Positions 45,461-55,041 of a stretch of DNA of 64,000 bases are shown one piece after another (position 1 is the first letter of the stretch; every line of letters begins with the position of its first letter). Both the position numbers and the translations under genes were made by a program. Below the pieces are notes generated by a model. It did not search any database and was not told where the DNA came from. It saw only the letters and a program-made list of their open reading frames with translations. The stretch comes from an uncultured bacterium (GTDB lineage Bacteria; Oederibacteriota; Oederibacteriia; Oederibacteriales; Oederibacteriaceae). The stretch is from the NCBI GenBank assembly GCA_965112635.1, contig OZ218778.1, positions 896,001-960,000 of the forward strand, given 5' to 3'.

Positions 45461-46024
45461 TCAGAACCTGAAGTGCATGGCTAATTGGGCATTGGCAGCG
45501 TCCACTTTATCGGTAATATTCGTGGGGCTGTCAAAAGGATCGACCGAGTTATCCGCAAACCTGACATAAGTGACCCCAGCACTGATACCCCAGCCATGCG
45601 CAAAAGTATAATCCAGGCCGGCATCCGCGTGCCAAGCCAAAACATTGCAGTTCGAATTAATATAATAGTAGGTCAACCCGGCGCCTAGATAGGGGGACAG
45701 TTCGGTGGGCAAAAGATACCCGCGGAACTGGGCATTGATCGACGTCCCATCCAGGAAAGATCCGACACCCATACCCACGGAAAAATAAGGATTAGGCGCC
45801 TTGTCGAATTCAACACCGAGAACGTCCGGAAGACCGACGACCAGCGAAAAATCATTAGGGAACATCTCCCGGGGGCTATAAGACTGCATTTTTTGATTGA
45901 CCATATTGGTCACCGTCATATCCGGCGTATAGACCGGAGTGGGCGAGGCCGTATCGGCCCAGACCACGGCTTGCGGCAGGACCAGCAAGCCCACACAAAA
46001 AAGCCAGATCATTTTCTTTACCAT
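45461..46024 (-). CDS. Hypothetical small outer-membrane beta-barrel protein
   Basis: Signal peptide, SPYLGAG, AGLDY and a terminal Phe (AMHFRF). Confidence 0.65.
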   Translation of the reverse strand: MVKKMIWLFCVGLLVLPQAVVWADTASPTPVYTPDMTVTNMVNQKMQSYSPREMFPNDFSLVVGLPDVLGVEFDKAPNPYFSVGMGVGSFLDGTSINAQFRGYLLPTELSPYLGAGLTYYYINSNCNVLAWHADAGLDYTFAHGWGISAGVTYVRFADNSVDPFDSPTNITDKVDAANAQLAMHFRF

Positions 46025-46045
46025 TTTCTAACCTCCTCCTTTTAT

Positions 46046-46570
46046 TTACTTCTGGGCTTCCGCAGGCAGCGGTTTGTTGGGTATCAAGGCAATAGGGCCT
46101 TTCAAAGCTTTGACCTGAAAGGCGAACTTTTTATCCAGTGATTTGATCTGCCTTTTAATGTTCACGACCTCATTCACATTGGTAGTGCTAGTGCCCACCA
46201 CGTCAACCAGCTCCTGGACCAGGCTGTGTTTTTCCCAGATAAAATCCTTGATCTTTTTCAAGCGGACCACATCCTCCGGCACCGTGCTGGTGTACATGAC
46301 CGTCCAGGCAGCCACCTCGTCCAGCAGTTCTTGCCCATCCACGAGACTGTCATTGGCCTCATAGGCGATCAGAGCGCCGTCGGTCACGAAGGTTTCGCGC
46401 ACCTCGCGCAACCCTTTATTGATCAGGTCCGCGGATTGATTATACGCGTTCACGATCCGTTCGTTAAAGGAGTTTTCAGGGACGTTTTCGGCCATTTCGG
46501 CGAACAGCGGAAACGCCGATCCCAAAACAGCCAGCATAACGATGACCCATAAACACTTAATCTTAAGCAT
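46046..46570 (-). CDS. Hypothetical exported helical protein
   Basis: SD AAGGAGG, signal peptide ending LFA, no recognised motif. Confidence 0.7.
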   Translation of the reverse strand: MLKIKCLWVIVMLAVLGSAFPLFAEMAENVPENSFNERIVNAYNQSADLINKGLREVRETFVTDGALIAYEANDSLVDGQELLDEVAAWTVMYTSTVPEDVVRLKKIKDFIWEKHSLVQELVDVVGTSTTNVNEVVNIKRQIKSLDKKFAFQVKALKGPIALIPNKPLPAEAQK

Positions 46571-46594
46571 TTGTTCACCTCCTTAAATGGTATT

Positions 46595-47587
46595 TTACAG
46601 TATTTGCTCCTGAGAAGGAACATCCCTGGTGATCTGTTCTCTGATCTTTTGGGATCTTTCCAAAAAACCACGCGATTCACGGGTCCTGCCCAGATCCTGG
46701 CACAACGCGGAGAGTTGAGACAACACCACGGATTTATCGTAGGTCCGCAGGATATTTTCAGAGCTGTCGCGCAGGGCCACGATCTGCCGCAGGGAAGCGT
46801 CGCCAGCAGGCCCCAAAATGGGGCCCGGGACCGGAGCGCCCCGTTCCGCTTCAAAGATATCCAAGGCCCTTTTCAGGGCGGACTCGGCTTCGGGATATTT
46901 TTTTTGGGCCAGATAGATGATGCCCAGGTTGGTCAGCGCGTGCGCGACGTTGGGATGCGACGGAGACCAGAGCATCTCGGCCTGGTCCACGGCAGTCTGG
47001 GCAAGGCCGAGAGCTTGCGGAAGATCGCCCTGTTGATAGGACCGGTACGCTTTGATGTTCAGATCGAACCATTGTTTCTGGGTCTGGTAGGCCTGGTTCA
47101 AAAGCGGGGCCATGGTATTGGACGCGCCGCCTTTTTGCTGCAGCAGGGTGGCTATTTCTAGCTTGACCTGGTTATCGTTGTTCTTCAGCGATTGGATCAG
47201 AGAAAAGAGCACCTGGTCGGCTTGAGCCGAGGCAAGCTTTACCGGGGGGTTTGCCACGGGTACAAAGGGGAACCAGCCGGCGCCGACGAAAAATCCTATG
47301 ACCAGGCAAAGGGCGGCCGCAGTCGCGGCCCAGCCCCACTGGGGCACCAACGGCCTGGTTTGGCCTGGCCTGAGGCGGACCATGACCTTGTCCGCGAACC
47401 AGTTCGGGGCCCTGTGCATCGAGGTCCGGCCAACTCCTTGTGTGACTTTTTTCAGGAAAAGCAGGTAATCCCTGCAAACAGGGTCCTGTTCCAGCTGCTT
47501 GGTTACAGCGGCCCGGTCAGCTTTGGAAAGGGTGCCGTCCAGATAGGTTTCAAGTCTCTCGGCCAATTCAAAGGATATTCGTTGCAT
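46595..47587 (-). CDS. Anti-sigma factor-like protein (degenerate zf-HC2, single TM, TPR domain)
   Basis: L..YLDG.LS......V...L...P.C, a TM segment, and TPR motif HPNVAHALTNLG.IY..Q.KY.EAE...KRAL.I. Follows the ECF sigma gene. Confidence 0.8.
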   Translation of the reverse strand: MQRISFELAERLETYLDGTLSKADRAAVTKQLEQDPVCRDYLLFLKKVTQGVGRTSMHRAPNWFADKVMVRLRPGQTRPLVPQWGWAATAAALCLVIGFFVGAGWFPFVPVANPPVKLASAQADQVLFSLIQSLKNNDNQVKLEIATLLQQKGGASNTMAPLLNQAYQTQKQWFDLNIKAYRSYQQGDLPQALGLAQTAVDQAEMLWSPSHPNVAHALTNLGIIYLAQKKYPEAESALKRALDIFEAERGAPVPGPILGPAGDASLRQIVALRDSSENILRTYDKSVVLSQLSALCQDLGRTRESRGFLERSQKIREQITRDVPSQEQIL

Positions 47588-47628
47588 GGTTACCTCCTAT
47601 TTCTCTTTATCCCTGGGGCAGATATTAG

Positions 47629-48228
47629 TTACGGCCTTGTATTCAAAGAACTTTTGTACTTGTCCCATAGCCGTATTTTAGCCCTGTAGATCCGGACCTT
47701 AACTTTGGCCAGTGAAATCCCCAAAATCTGGGCGATTTCGTCATAGGCCAGCCCTTTGAAATGCCTCAAAATAAAGGGGTATTTCAGGGAATCCGGCAGA
47801 AAACCGACCAGTTGCTGTGCCAGGGCTACTGATCTTTTGCGGTCCACCTGCTCTTCCACCGAAGGGCCGGGATCGGGGAAATCCTGGGGCGTATCCTCAT
47901 CCCAACCCGGCCTGGAATGGTCCAGGGAAAAAAAACGGACTATTTTTTTGCGCCGGAGTTTTTTCCGGCACAGGTTCAAAGCGATGGTATAAAGCCAGTT
48001 GGAAAGTTTGAACTCCGTTTTGTAGCGGGACAGGTTGCGGTAGAACTGCAAAAAAGTTTCCTGGGCCGCGTCCTCAGCGTCCTGGGCGTTAGCCAGAACA
48101 CGGAAGCAAAGGTCAAAGATATAGTCCTGGTATTTTTCCATGAGCCGGCGGAAGGCATCCTGGTCACCGGACTGGCTTTTGCGGATGAGGGTCAATTCGT
48201 GGGTTGAAGGGTCGCTCTGGGGTTCCAT
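47629..48228 (-). CDS. ECF RNA polymerase sigma factor (SigW/RpoE-like)
   Basis: GDQDAF..L, DAEDAAQETF, WLYTIA.NLC and GLAYDEIAQILG......VK.RI.RA motifs. Confidence 0.95.
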   Translation of the reverse strand: MEPQSDPSTHELTLIRKSQSGDQDAFRRLMEKYQDYIFDLCFRVLANAQDAEDAAQETFLQFYRNLSRYKTEFKLSNWLYTIALNLCRKKLRRKKIVRFFSLDHSRPGWDEDTPQDFPDPGPSVEEQVDRKRSVALAQQLVGFLPDSLKYPFILRHFKGLAYDEIAQILGISLAKVKVRIYRAKIRLWDKYKSSLNTRP

Positions 48229-48415
48229 CTTGGTCCCTTAATTATTGAATTGAGGCTTTGCGCCGAAAGGACGCGCAAAACTAAGTATTATCATATCACG
48301 GCCTTCTGGCGGGGAAAGGCTATTTATCCTTTTAAAAGGTTAGGCCCGTTGTTATAATCAACTACCAGTGAACCAGGTCAATCGTAAAATCTGCTCCTCC
48401 GGAAGACAATAACCC

Positions 48416-49150
48416 ATGGAATACAAGGTCGTTAAAGGCAGGAAAGCAATGGGCGAAGCGGCCGCCCAGCAGGCCGCCGAGTGGATCAACCACAGCGTCC
48501 AGCAGAAGGGCCGCTGCGTCTTTATCGCGGCAACCGGCGCCTCCCAGTTCGACTTTTTAGAGGCTTTGGTGGAGATCAAGGAAATTGACTGGTCCAAGAC
48601 CACGATGTTCCATCTCGACGAATACATCGGGATGCCGGCGACCCATCCAGCCAGCTTCAGGAAGTACCTTAAAGAAAGGTTCGTGGACAAGGTCCATCCC
48701 GGGATCGTCCACTTCGTGGCGGGTGACAACCCGCAGGGGGCCAGCGCGGAGTGCCAAAGGCTGGGACAACTGATCAAAAAAGTGCAGGTCGACGTGGCTT
48801 TTGTGGGGATCGGCGAGAACGGGCATCTGGCTTTTAATGACCCGCCGGCCGATTTTGAACGCCAGGACCCTTATTTTCCCGTGAAATTGGACGAGCCCTG
48901 CCGCAGGCAGCAGCTGGGCGAGGGCTGGTTTAAAAACCTGGACGAAGTCCCTCAAGAGGCCATCACCATGTCCATAGCCCAGATCATGAAGTCCACCCAT
49001 ATCCTGGCTGTGGTACCGGACCAGCGCAAGGCCCAAGCGGTCAAAAACTGCCTCACCAAACCGGTCTCCAACCTTTATCCTTCCTCCATCCTACAAAACC
49101 ATAGCCAGTGTCTCGTGTTCCTCGACGAGCAGGCGGCTTCATTATTATGA
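48416..49150 (+). CDS. nagB: Glucosamine-6-phosphate deaminase-like protein
   Basis: ATGASQ, FHLDEYIG, HPASFR.YL and GIGENGHLAFNDP motifs. Confidence 0.88.
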   Translation: MEYKVVKGRKAMGEAAAQQAAEWINHSVQQKGRCVFIAATGASQFDFLEALVEIKEIDWSKTTMFHLDEYIGMPATHPASFRKYLKERFVDKVHPGIVHFVAGDNPQGASAECQRLGQLIKKVQVDVAFVGIGENGHLAFNDPPADFERQDPYFPVKLDEPCRRQQLGEGWFKNLDEVPQEAITMSIAQIMKSTHILAVVPDQRKAQAVKNCLTKPVSNLYPSSILQNHSQCLVFLDEQAASLL

Positions 49151-50049
49151 ACATGCCTGGTCTGGTCGACCTGCAGGTCAACGGCTACGGCGGGGTGGAT
49201 TTTTCCAGTCCGGAGCTTAGCCTTGATAAAATCCATTTGGTCACAAAGAAATTTGAAGAGTTGGGTATCGAGTTTTTTTGCCCCACCCTCATCACCAGCC
49301 CGGCCGAAGTTTACGAAAAGAACCTGCCTTTGCTGGCCAAGGCCATGGATGATCCCTATTTAAAAAAGCATATCCTCGGCGTGCATCTGGAGGGGCCGTT
49401 CATCTCGCCCCTGGACGGCGCAAGAGGAGCCCATGAGCTCAATGATGTCAAAATGCCCAATCTCGACCTGTTCCAAAAGTTTTTTGACCTGGCCCAAGGC
49501 AAAATTGTCCTGCTGACCCTGGCTCCAGAGCTGGAGGGCGGGCTGGAACTGATATCCCGTTGCGTGAGCCTGGGAGTCAGGGTTTCCCTGGGGCACCATC
49601 TGGCGGAACAGGGGGTCATTGAACAGGCTGTCCAGGCCGGAGCCCACCTGTGCACCCATCTGGGCAACGGCCTTCCGGCCATGTTGCCCAGGCATCCCAA
49701 TCCTCTGTGGTCGCAAATGGCCCAGGTGCAGCTGACCGCGATGATCATCACGGACGGGTTTCACCTGACGCCGGAGTTCATCCAAGTCGTCCTCAAGGCC
49801 AAGGGGGCGGATAAGGTCATCGTAACCAGCGACTGCGTTTTCGCCGGAGCGATGCCAGCGGGCCGTTACGGAAAATATACTTTGGACGAAAAGGGCAAGT
49901 TCTTTTATCCGGCTGCCGGCACCTTGGCCGGCTCCAGCCGCAATATGGTAGAATGCATAAAATATCTTGATTCGTTGCACCTGTGTTCCAGTGAAGATTT
50001 GGTTAAAATGGGCAGGACCAATGCCCTTAAAATTATAGGTAAAATCTAG
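49147..50049 (+). CDS. nagA: N-acetylglucosamine-6-phosphate deacetylase
   Basis: PGLVDLQVNG, PTLIT, HLEGPFIS...GARGAH, TLAPE, THLGNG and LAGS motifs. ATGA overlap with nagB. Confidence 0.9.
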   Translation: MNMPGLVDLQVNGYGGVDFSSPELSLDKIHLVTKKFEELGIEFFCPTLITSPAEVYEKNLPLLAKAMDDPYLKKHILGVHLEGPFISPLDGARGAHELNDVKMPNLDLFQKFFDLAQGKIVLLTLAPELEGGLELISRCVSLGVRVSLGHHLAEQGVIEQAVQAGAHLCTHLGNGLPAMLPRHPNPLWSQMAQVQLTAMIITDGFHLTPEFIQVVLKAKGADKVIVTSDCVFAGAMPAGRYGKYTLDEKGKFFYPAAGTLAGSSRNMVECIKYLDSLHLCSSEDLVKMGRTNALKIIGKI

Positions 50050-50061
50050 GAAAGGCGAGAA

Positions 50062-51405
50062 GTGGGAAGTATCCAGGAAGCCACAGATTCATTGAAAAAA
50101 GCGGTGCAGGGAAGCGAACGTTTGAAGCTCGATGCCGGAACCCTGGCAACCTATGAAGTGGACGGCCTGCGTCCGCAAGCCGTGGTTAAACCCCTGAACA
50201 AGGAAGAGCTGTCCGCAGTCCTGAGCAGTGCCCATGCCCATCAGTTGGGCGTTATCCCGTGGGGCGGCGGGACGATGATGACCGCGGGGCAGGCCCCTAG
50301 TTCCTACGACCTGGCCATTGACCTGAAATCTATGGATCATATCGTGGACTATCCAGCCGAGGATCTGACCATCACCGTGGAAGCAGGAATCACCCTGGCT
50401 GCTTTAAATGAGAAGCTGCACCAGAACAGGCAGTTCCTTCCTTTTGACCCGCCTTTCCCGGAAAAAGCCACCATCGGCGGGCTGATCGCCTCGGGGGCGA
50501 GCGGCCCCATGCGGCTTGGTTTTGGGGGCATCAAAGATTCCCTGCTGGGGCTGCAAATGGTCCTGTCGGACGGCACCATCGCCAAGTCCGGGAGCCGGGT
50601 GGTCAAGAACGTGGCCGGGTACGATCTGGGCAAACTATTCACAGGCTCCTGGGGAACTTTGGGTGTCATTACTTCGGCCAGTTTCAAGGTCAGGCCCCTG
50701 CCGGAAAAGATCGTTGTCGTTTCCCTGGCCTGCGGGACCTGGGAAGTTGCCGTGGATTTTTTTAAGAGCTGCCGGGAATCCGCCATGGACCCCTGCGGCC
50801 TGGAACTCTTGAACCCGGCTGCGGCCCCGGAGATCGCGGGGGCACTGCCGAAAGAGATTACGCTGGTCGTGGGTCTGGCCGGGTTTCAGGAAGACGTGAC
50901 TTGGCAGCTGGAACTTCTGGCCGGCATACAGAAAAAGAGCAAAGCCGCGAACCTCAAGATATGGGAAGGGGATAGCCAAAAGACACTGATGGCCAGCCTG
51001 AGGGATTTCCCGGGAAAGTTTTCGGGTGAGACCAAGGACCAGGTGACTTTTAAGGCCAACCTTTTGCCCTCGGAAATCATTGGTTTCAGCCGCATTATAG
51101 AACAACAATCCGCCAGTGCCGGTTTGCGGCAGGTTTTGCTGCTGCACTTGGGGCTGGGGACTCTCTGCGGCAGGTTTTATTTCAACCAGGGCAAGGGCGT
51201 TGAAGCGGAGACGGAGCTTTTACTGCAGCTGCAGGAAAGGGCGTTCGCCAGTGGAGGGAATCTGGTCGTGCAGTCCGGCCCAGGATCCCTCAAACAAAGG
51301 ATCCCTGGATGGGGCAAAGCCCGGGGAGATTTTGAGCTGATGAGGCAGATCAAGGACAAGATAGACCCCAAACATCTTTTAAACCCAGGCAGGTTCATCG
51401 GATGA
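50062..51405 (+). CDS. glcE: FAD-binding oxidoreductase, glycolate oxidase GlcE-like
   Basis: DLTITVEAG, LPFDPP, ATIGG, VVKNVAGYDL.KL..GS.GTLG and DP...LNPGRF motifs. Confidence 0.85.
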   Translation: MGSIQEATDSLKKAVQGSERLKLDAGTLATYEVDGLRPQAVVKPLNKEELSAVLSSAHAHQLGVIPWGGGTMMTAGQAPSSYDLAIDLKSMDHIVDYPAEDLTITVEAGITLAALNEKLHQNRQFLPFDPPFPEKATIGGLIASGASGPMRLGFGGIKDSLLGLQMVLSDGTIAKSGSRVVKNVAGYDLGKLFTGSWGTLGVITSASFKVRPLPEKIVVVSLACGTWEVAVDFFKSCRESAMDPCGLELLNPAAAPEIAGALPKEITLVVGLAGFQEDVTWQLELLAGIQKKSKAANLKIWEGDSQKTLMASLRDFPGKFSGETKDQVTFKANLLPSEIIGFSRIIEQQSASAGLRQVLLLHLGLGTLCGRFYFNQGKGVEAETELLLQLQERAFASGGNLVVQSGPGSLKQRIPGWGKARGDFELMRQIKDKIDPKHLLNPGRFIG

Positions 51406-52688
51406 GCAAAGAGACTTTTTTGTGGTCAGAGCTGATACAGGAAAAACGGTTCAGGGAGTGCGTTCACTGCGGGTTTTGCCTGGCCAGCTGCCCCACCTAC
51501 CGCCTGACCGAAAGGGAAATGGATTCTCCCCGGGGCAGGATCTACGCCATGAACGCCGTGTCCAGCGACAGGTTTGGTTTGACCTCCCCGATTGTCCGGC
51601 ATCTTGACCTGTGCCTGGGCTGCCGTGCCTGCGAAACAGCCTGTCCTTCGGGGGTCCGCTACGGCCAGATCATTGAAGCGGGCCACATCGTGGTCCAGCG
51701 CGACGCCAGACGCAACCTTATGCAAAAATTCATTCAGATGTTCTTTTTTGATTTTCTCCTGCCCTATCCGGAGAGGCTGAGACTGATGCTCTGGCCCATC
51801 CAGATCTGGAGCCGGGTGCCGATGAAATTAAAAAAGGCTGTTACTATTTTTGTTCCCGCAGCGCTGCGGCCGTTCCTGTTCCTGGCTCCTTCTCCCAAAA
51901 AGAAGGAGGCAGCCCCGGCCTTTCCCGCACTCTACACTCCCGGAAAAGCCAAAAAAAAGGTGGGGCTTTTGCGGGGCTGCGTGGCCAGCCTGTTCTTTGA
52001 CGAGACCAACAAGGCCACCGTACGGGTGCTGGCCAAGAACGGGTGCGAGGTGTTTATCCCTAAAAAGGCGGTCTGCTGCGGGGCGCTGCCTCTGCATACC
52101 GGCAACCTGGAGCTGGCCAAAAAAATGGCCAGAAGAAATATCGATGATTTCAGCGGACAGGGACTGGACGCCGTGATCGTCAACGCGGCAGGGTGCGGGG
52201 CGGCTATGAAAGAATACGACCACCTGCTGCGGGATGATCCGCAATACAAGGAAAAGGCCAAAGAATTCAGCGCCAAAGTCAAAGACATCACCGAATTCCT
52301 GGTGGACCTTCCTTTCGTGAAGCCCACAAAACCCCTTCCTTTTAAAGTGACCTATCACGAGGCCTGCCATTTGTGCCACGCCCAGGGCATCCGCAGGCAG
52401 CCCCGGGAGATCCTCCAGGCGATCCCGGGACTCACCCTGGTCGAAATGACGGACAGCGACTGGTGCTGCGGCAGCGCCGGCACTTATAACCTGCTCCAGC
52501 CGGAGATGGCGGACCAGCTGCTGGGCCAAAAGCTGGAGTCGATTTTGGCTACCCAGGCGGACTTTGTGGCCACGGGCAATCCGGGCTGCAACCTGCAGAT
52601 CAGCAAGGGTCTGGAAGAATGCGGGTCCAAGATCCAGGTGGAACATCCAGTGGTCCTGCTGGACAGGGCTTACGACTATAACCATTAG
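51402..52688 (+). CDS. glcF: Glycolate oxidase iron-sulfur subunit
   Basis: CVHCGFCLASCPTY, SPRGRI, CLGCRACETACPSGV.YG and two CCG domains. Confidence 0.9.
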   Translation: MSKETFLWSELIQEKRFRECVHCGFCLASCPTYRLTEREMDSPRGRIYAMNAVSSDRFGLTSPIVRHLDLCLGCRACETACPSGVRYGQIIEAGHIVVQRDARRNLMQKFIQMFFFDFLLPYPERLRLMLWPIQIWSRVPMKLKKAVTIFVPAALRPFLFLAPSPKKKEAAPAFPALYTPGKAKKKVGLLRGCVASLFFDETNKATVRVLAKNGCEVFIPKKAVCCGALPLHTGNLELAKKMARRNIDDFSGQGLDAVIVNAAGCGAAMKEYDHLLRDDPQYKEKAKEFSAKVKDITEFLVDLPFVKPTKPLPFKVTYHEACHLCHAQGIRRQPREILQAIPGLTLVEMTDSDWCCGSAGTYNLLQPEMADQLLGQKLESILATQADFVATGNPGCNLQISKGLEECGSKIQVEHPVVLLDRAYDYNH

Positions 52689-52772
52689 TTTTCTTCATCC
52701 AACAAACAAAAAACACACGGGAGATGGCTTACGGCATATATCCTATTTACCCTGATCTATCTTCTTTACTAT

Positions 52773-53876
52773 GTGGGGTTGGTCAAAAGCGCCATCGCCT
52801 TCGCCAATATGACCATGACCGCCCTGGTGACCATGGCTTCTAAAAGCTTTTGTTTGATGATGTGGATCTGTTTCCTGGTCTGCGGCCATTTGCTCAGCGT
52901 TTCCGGGGTCAACAGCCCGGTCCTCCTGTGGCGCGTCCTTTCGCTGGTATGGTTTGGCGTCTTCATCATCCCGGCGATTTTCTTTGTTCTCAAGTTCCTC
53001 TGGAATATTTTCCTGCGCAGGAAACGCATCGTGCCCCATATCCACAGCAGCGATATCACGGGGGAGTTCAGGCCTGTGCCCACTCCCGATCTTTTCAAGC
53101 CGCCTTTTGCGTTCCTGAGAAAGATCGGTCTGCGAAACGAGCATCATTACCCTGTTTTTTTACGGCACGAATTGTTCTTCAAGGACCTGCCCAAAGCTTT
53201 TGACGGGTTCGCCTTTATCCATTTGAGCGATCTCCATTATGTGGGGGAATTTTCAGGCGCTTATTACGCCCAGCTGGCCCGGTGGGTTCGCCAGATCAAG
53301 GCATCCACTATCCTGATGACCGGGGATTTTGTGTCCCGGGTGAGGGATATCCCAAAATGCGAAAAATGGATCAGGCAGCTCACCCGGGACCACCGCGTGA
53401 TCGGGGTTTTGGGCAATCATGATTACTGGACCCACGTGAAGACCGTCACCCAGGCCATGCGCCGGGGAGGGGTGGAGCTTCTGGTCAACCAGAGGACCTT
53501 GATCAAAAAAGGCGGCCAATCCCTGATGATCATCGGGCTGGACGACCTTTGGAAAGGCCTCAAGGCACCCGCGAGTTTGTGGGAAGGCAAGGGGTTCAAA
53601 ATAGTCCTGGCCCACACGCCGGACCAGTTAAGGGAATCCGTGGGCAAAAGCGTTGAGATGCAGTTGAGCGGGCACACCCACGCCGGGCAAATACGCTTTC
53701 CCTTGATCGGTCCTATTTTTATCCCCTCGCTTTACAGCCGTAAGTTCGACCGTGGTTTTTTTCAACTCCAGCATATACTGCTTTACGTGAGCCAGGGCAT
53801 TGGGGGCTTGCCGCCTTTCCGCCTCAACTGCAGACCCGAGATATCCACCTTTGTTCTTAGAAGAAAAAAAGCCTAG
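52773..53876 (+). CDS. Membrane-anchored metallophosphoesterase (YkuE-like); true start may be 52731
   Basis: LSDLH, TGDF, LGNHD, LAHTPD, LSGHTHAGQ and YVSQGIG motifs. Confidence 0.9.
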   Translation: MGLVKSAIAFANMTMTALVTMASKSFCLMMWICFLVCGHLLSVSGVNSPVLLWRVLSLVWFGVFIIPAIFFVLKFLWNIFLRRKRIVPHIHSSDITGEFRPVPTPDLFKPPFAFLRKIGLRNEHHYPVFLRHELFFKDLPKAFDGFAFIHLSDLHYVGEFSGAYYAQLARWVRQIKASTILMTGDFVSRVRDIPKCEKWIRQLTRDHRVIGVLGNHDYWTHVKTVTQAMRRGGVELLVNQRTLIKKGGQSLMIIGLDDLWKGLKAPASLWEGKGFKIVLAHTPDQLRESVGKSVEMQLSGHTHAGQIRFPLIGPIFIPSLYSRKFDRGFFQLQHILLYVSQGIGGLPPFRLNCRPEISTFVLRRKKA

Positions 53877-53884
53877 GTCCAGCG

Positions 53885-54976
53885 ATGACCCTCAACGAAC
53901 AAGTTAAGAGCCTGGCCAAACAACTTGGGTTTACGATGACCGGAGTGGTCCCTGCGGCCAAAGCAGGGCGGGACCATGCCAAAGTCCAGGCCTGGGTCGA
54001 GCAAGGGTTTTCCGCGGGCATGCAGTATATGCAGAATTTTTTCAAGCGGGCGGACCTTCTCCGAGACAAGCTATCCCCAGCCGGTCATATTATTTCCCTG
54101 GCGGTGCCTTATGGCGGAGAAGTTTTGGGCCCGCGGTCTAACCACAAGGCCGGCGCAGGACGGATTGGCCGCTATGCCCTGGGCCAAGATTACCACCAGG
54201 CCGTCCTGGCCAAGATGGAGGAGCTCCTAGGGCTCATCCGGCAAGCCTACGGCCAGCCTTTTTATGCCGCGGCTTTTGTGGACACGGCGGCGCTTTTGGA
54301 GCGCTCCCTGGCTGAACAGGCCGGGATCGGCTTTATCGGCAAGAACAATTGCCTGATCATCCCGGGACAGGGTTCCTTTTGCACTCTTTCGGAAATCGCC
54401 ACCGACCTTCCCCTGAAAGACGACCAGCCTTTAGCGCAGACGGAGAACAAAAAGTATGTGGGCTGCGGTTCCTGCGACCGGTGCGTCAAAGCCTGCCCGA
54501 CCGGCGCGTTGGCCAAACCTTACCAGTTGGACGCGGGGAAGTGCATCGCTTATCTGACCATCGAGAATAAAGGAGCCATTTCAGAGGAGTGGCGGCCCAA
54601 GATGGGGAACTGGGTCTATGGATGCGACGTGTGCCAGGAGGTTTGCCCATACAATCAAATCGGGAACCCAAGGCCAAAAGGGCAGGCTGTCTTTTTCCCG
54701 GAGGGTCCGTGGCTTGACCTCAAGACGGTCTTGGGCCTTGAGAATGAGGAAAGTTTTTCAAGATATTTTAAGGGGTCGGCGATCTTGAGGCCAAAAAGGA
54801 AAGGGCTCTTGAGGAACGCCTGCGTGGTCGCGGGGAACAGCCAGGACCTCGGCCTTGTTCCTATCCTGGAAGGCCTAAAGGAGAAAGACCCGGAACCCCT
54901 GGTCCGGGAACATGCGGTCTGGGCTTTGGGACGACTGAATGCAGGGAAAGTTCCCGGTAAGAGCTTGGAAAATTAA
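53885..54976 (+). CDS. queG: Epoxyqueuosine reductase
   Basis: RYALGQDYH, VDT..LLER..A..AG.GFIGKN, CGSCDRCVKACPTGA, CIAYLTIE and GCDVCQEVCPYN motifs. Confidence 0.95.
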   Translation: MTLNEQVKSLAKQLGFTMTGVVPAAKAGRDHAKVQAWVEQGFSAGMQYMQNFFKRADLLRDKLSPAGHIISLAVPYGGEVLGPRSNHKAGAGRIGRYALGQDYHQAVLAKMEELLGLIRQAYGQPFYAAAFVDTAALLERSLAEQAGIGFIGKNNCLIIPGQGSFCTLSEIATDLPLKDDQPLAQTENKKYVGCGSCDRCVKACPTGALAKPYQLDAGKCIAYLTIENKGAISEEWRPKMGNWVYGCDVCQEVCPYNQIGNPRPKGQAVFFPEGPWLDLKTVLGLENEESFSRYFKGSAILRPKRKGLLRNACVVAGNSQDLGLVPILEGLKEKDPEPLVREHAVWALGRLNAGKVPGKSLEN

Positions 54977-55041
54977 TCCAAAAAAACAGCTCTGTTTTGA
55001 TATGATAGGCCAAGGTTTTTTATCCTACCCGGAAGGCTATT

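Noticed and set aside
48252-48320. c-di-GMP-I riboswitch-like GCCGAAAGG...CGCAAAAC
   Set aside because: Lacks the 5' GGCAAA element and a convincing second stem. Better explained as a simple TTTGCGC/GCGCAAA hairpin in a divergent promoter region.
19262-52775. Amber recoding or readthrough: several TAG stops are in frame with the next gene (19264, 35276, 50049, 52688)
   Set aside because: Each TAG falls at the natural C-terminus of its family, most downstream genes have their own SD and start, and other TAG stops are out of frame. This is compatible with chance.
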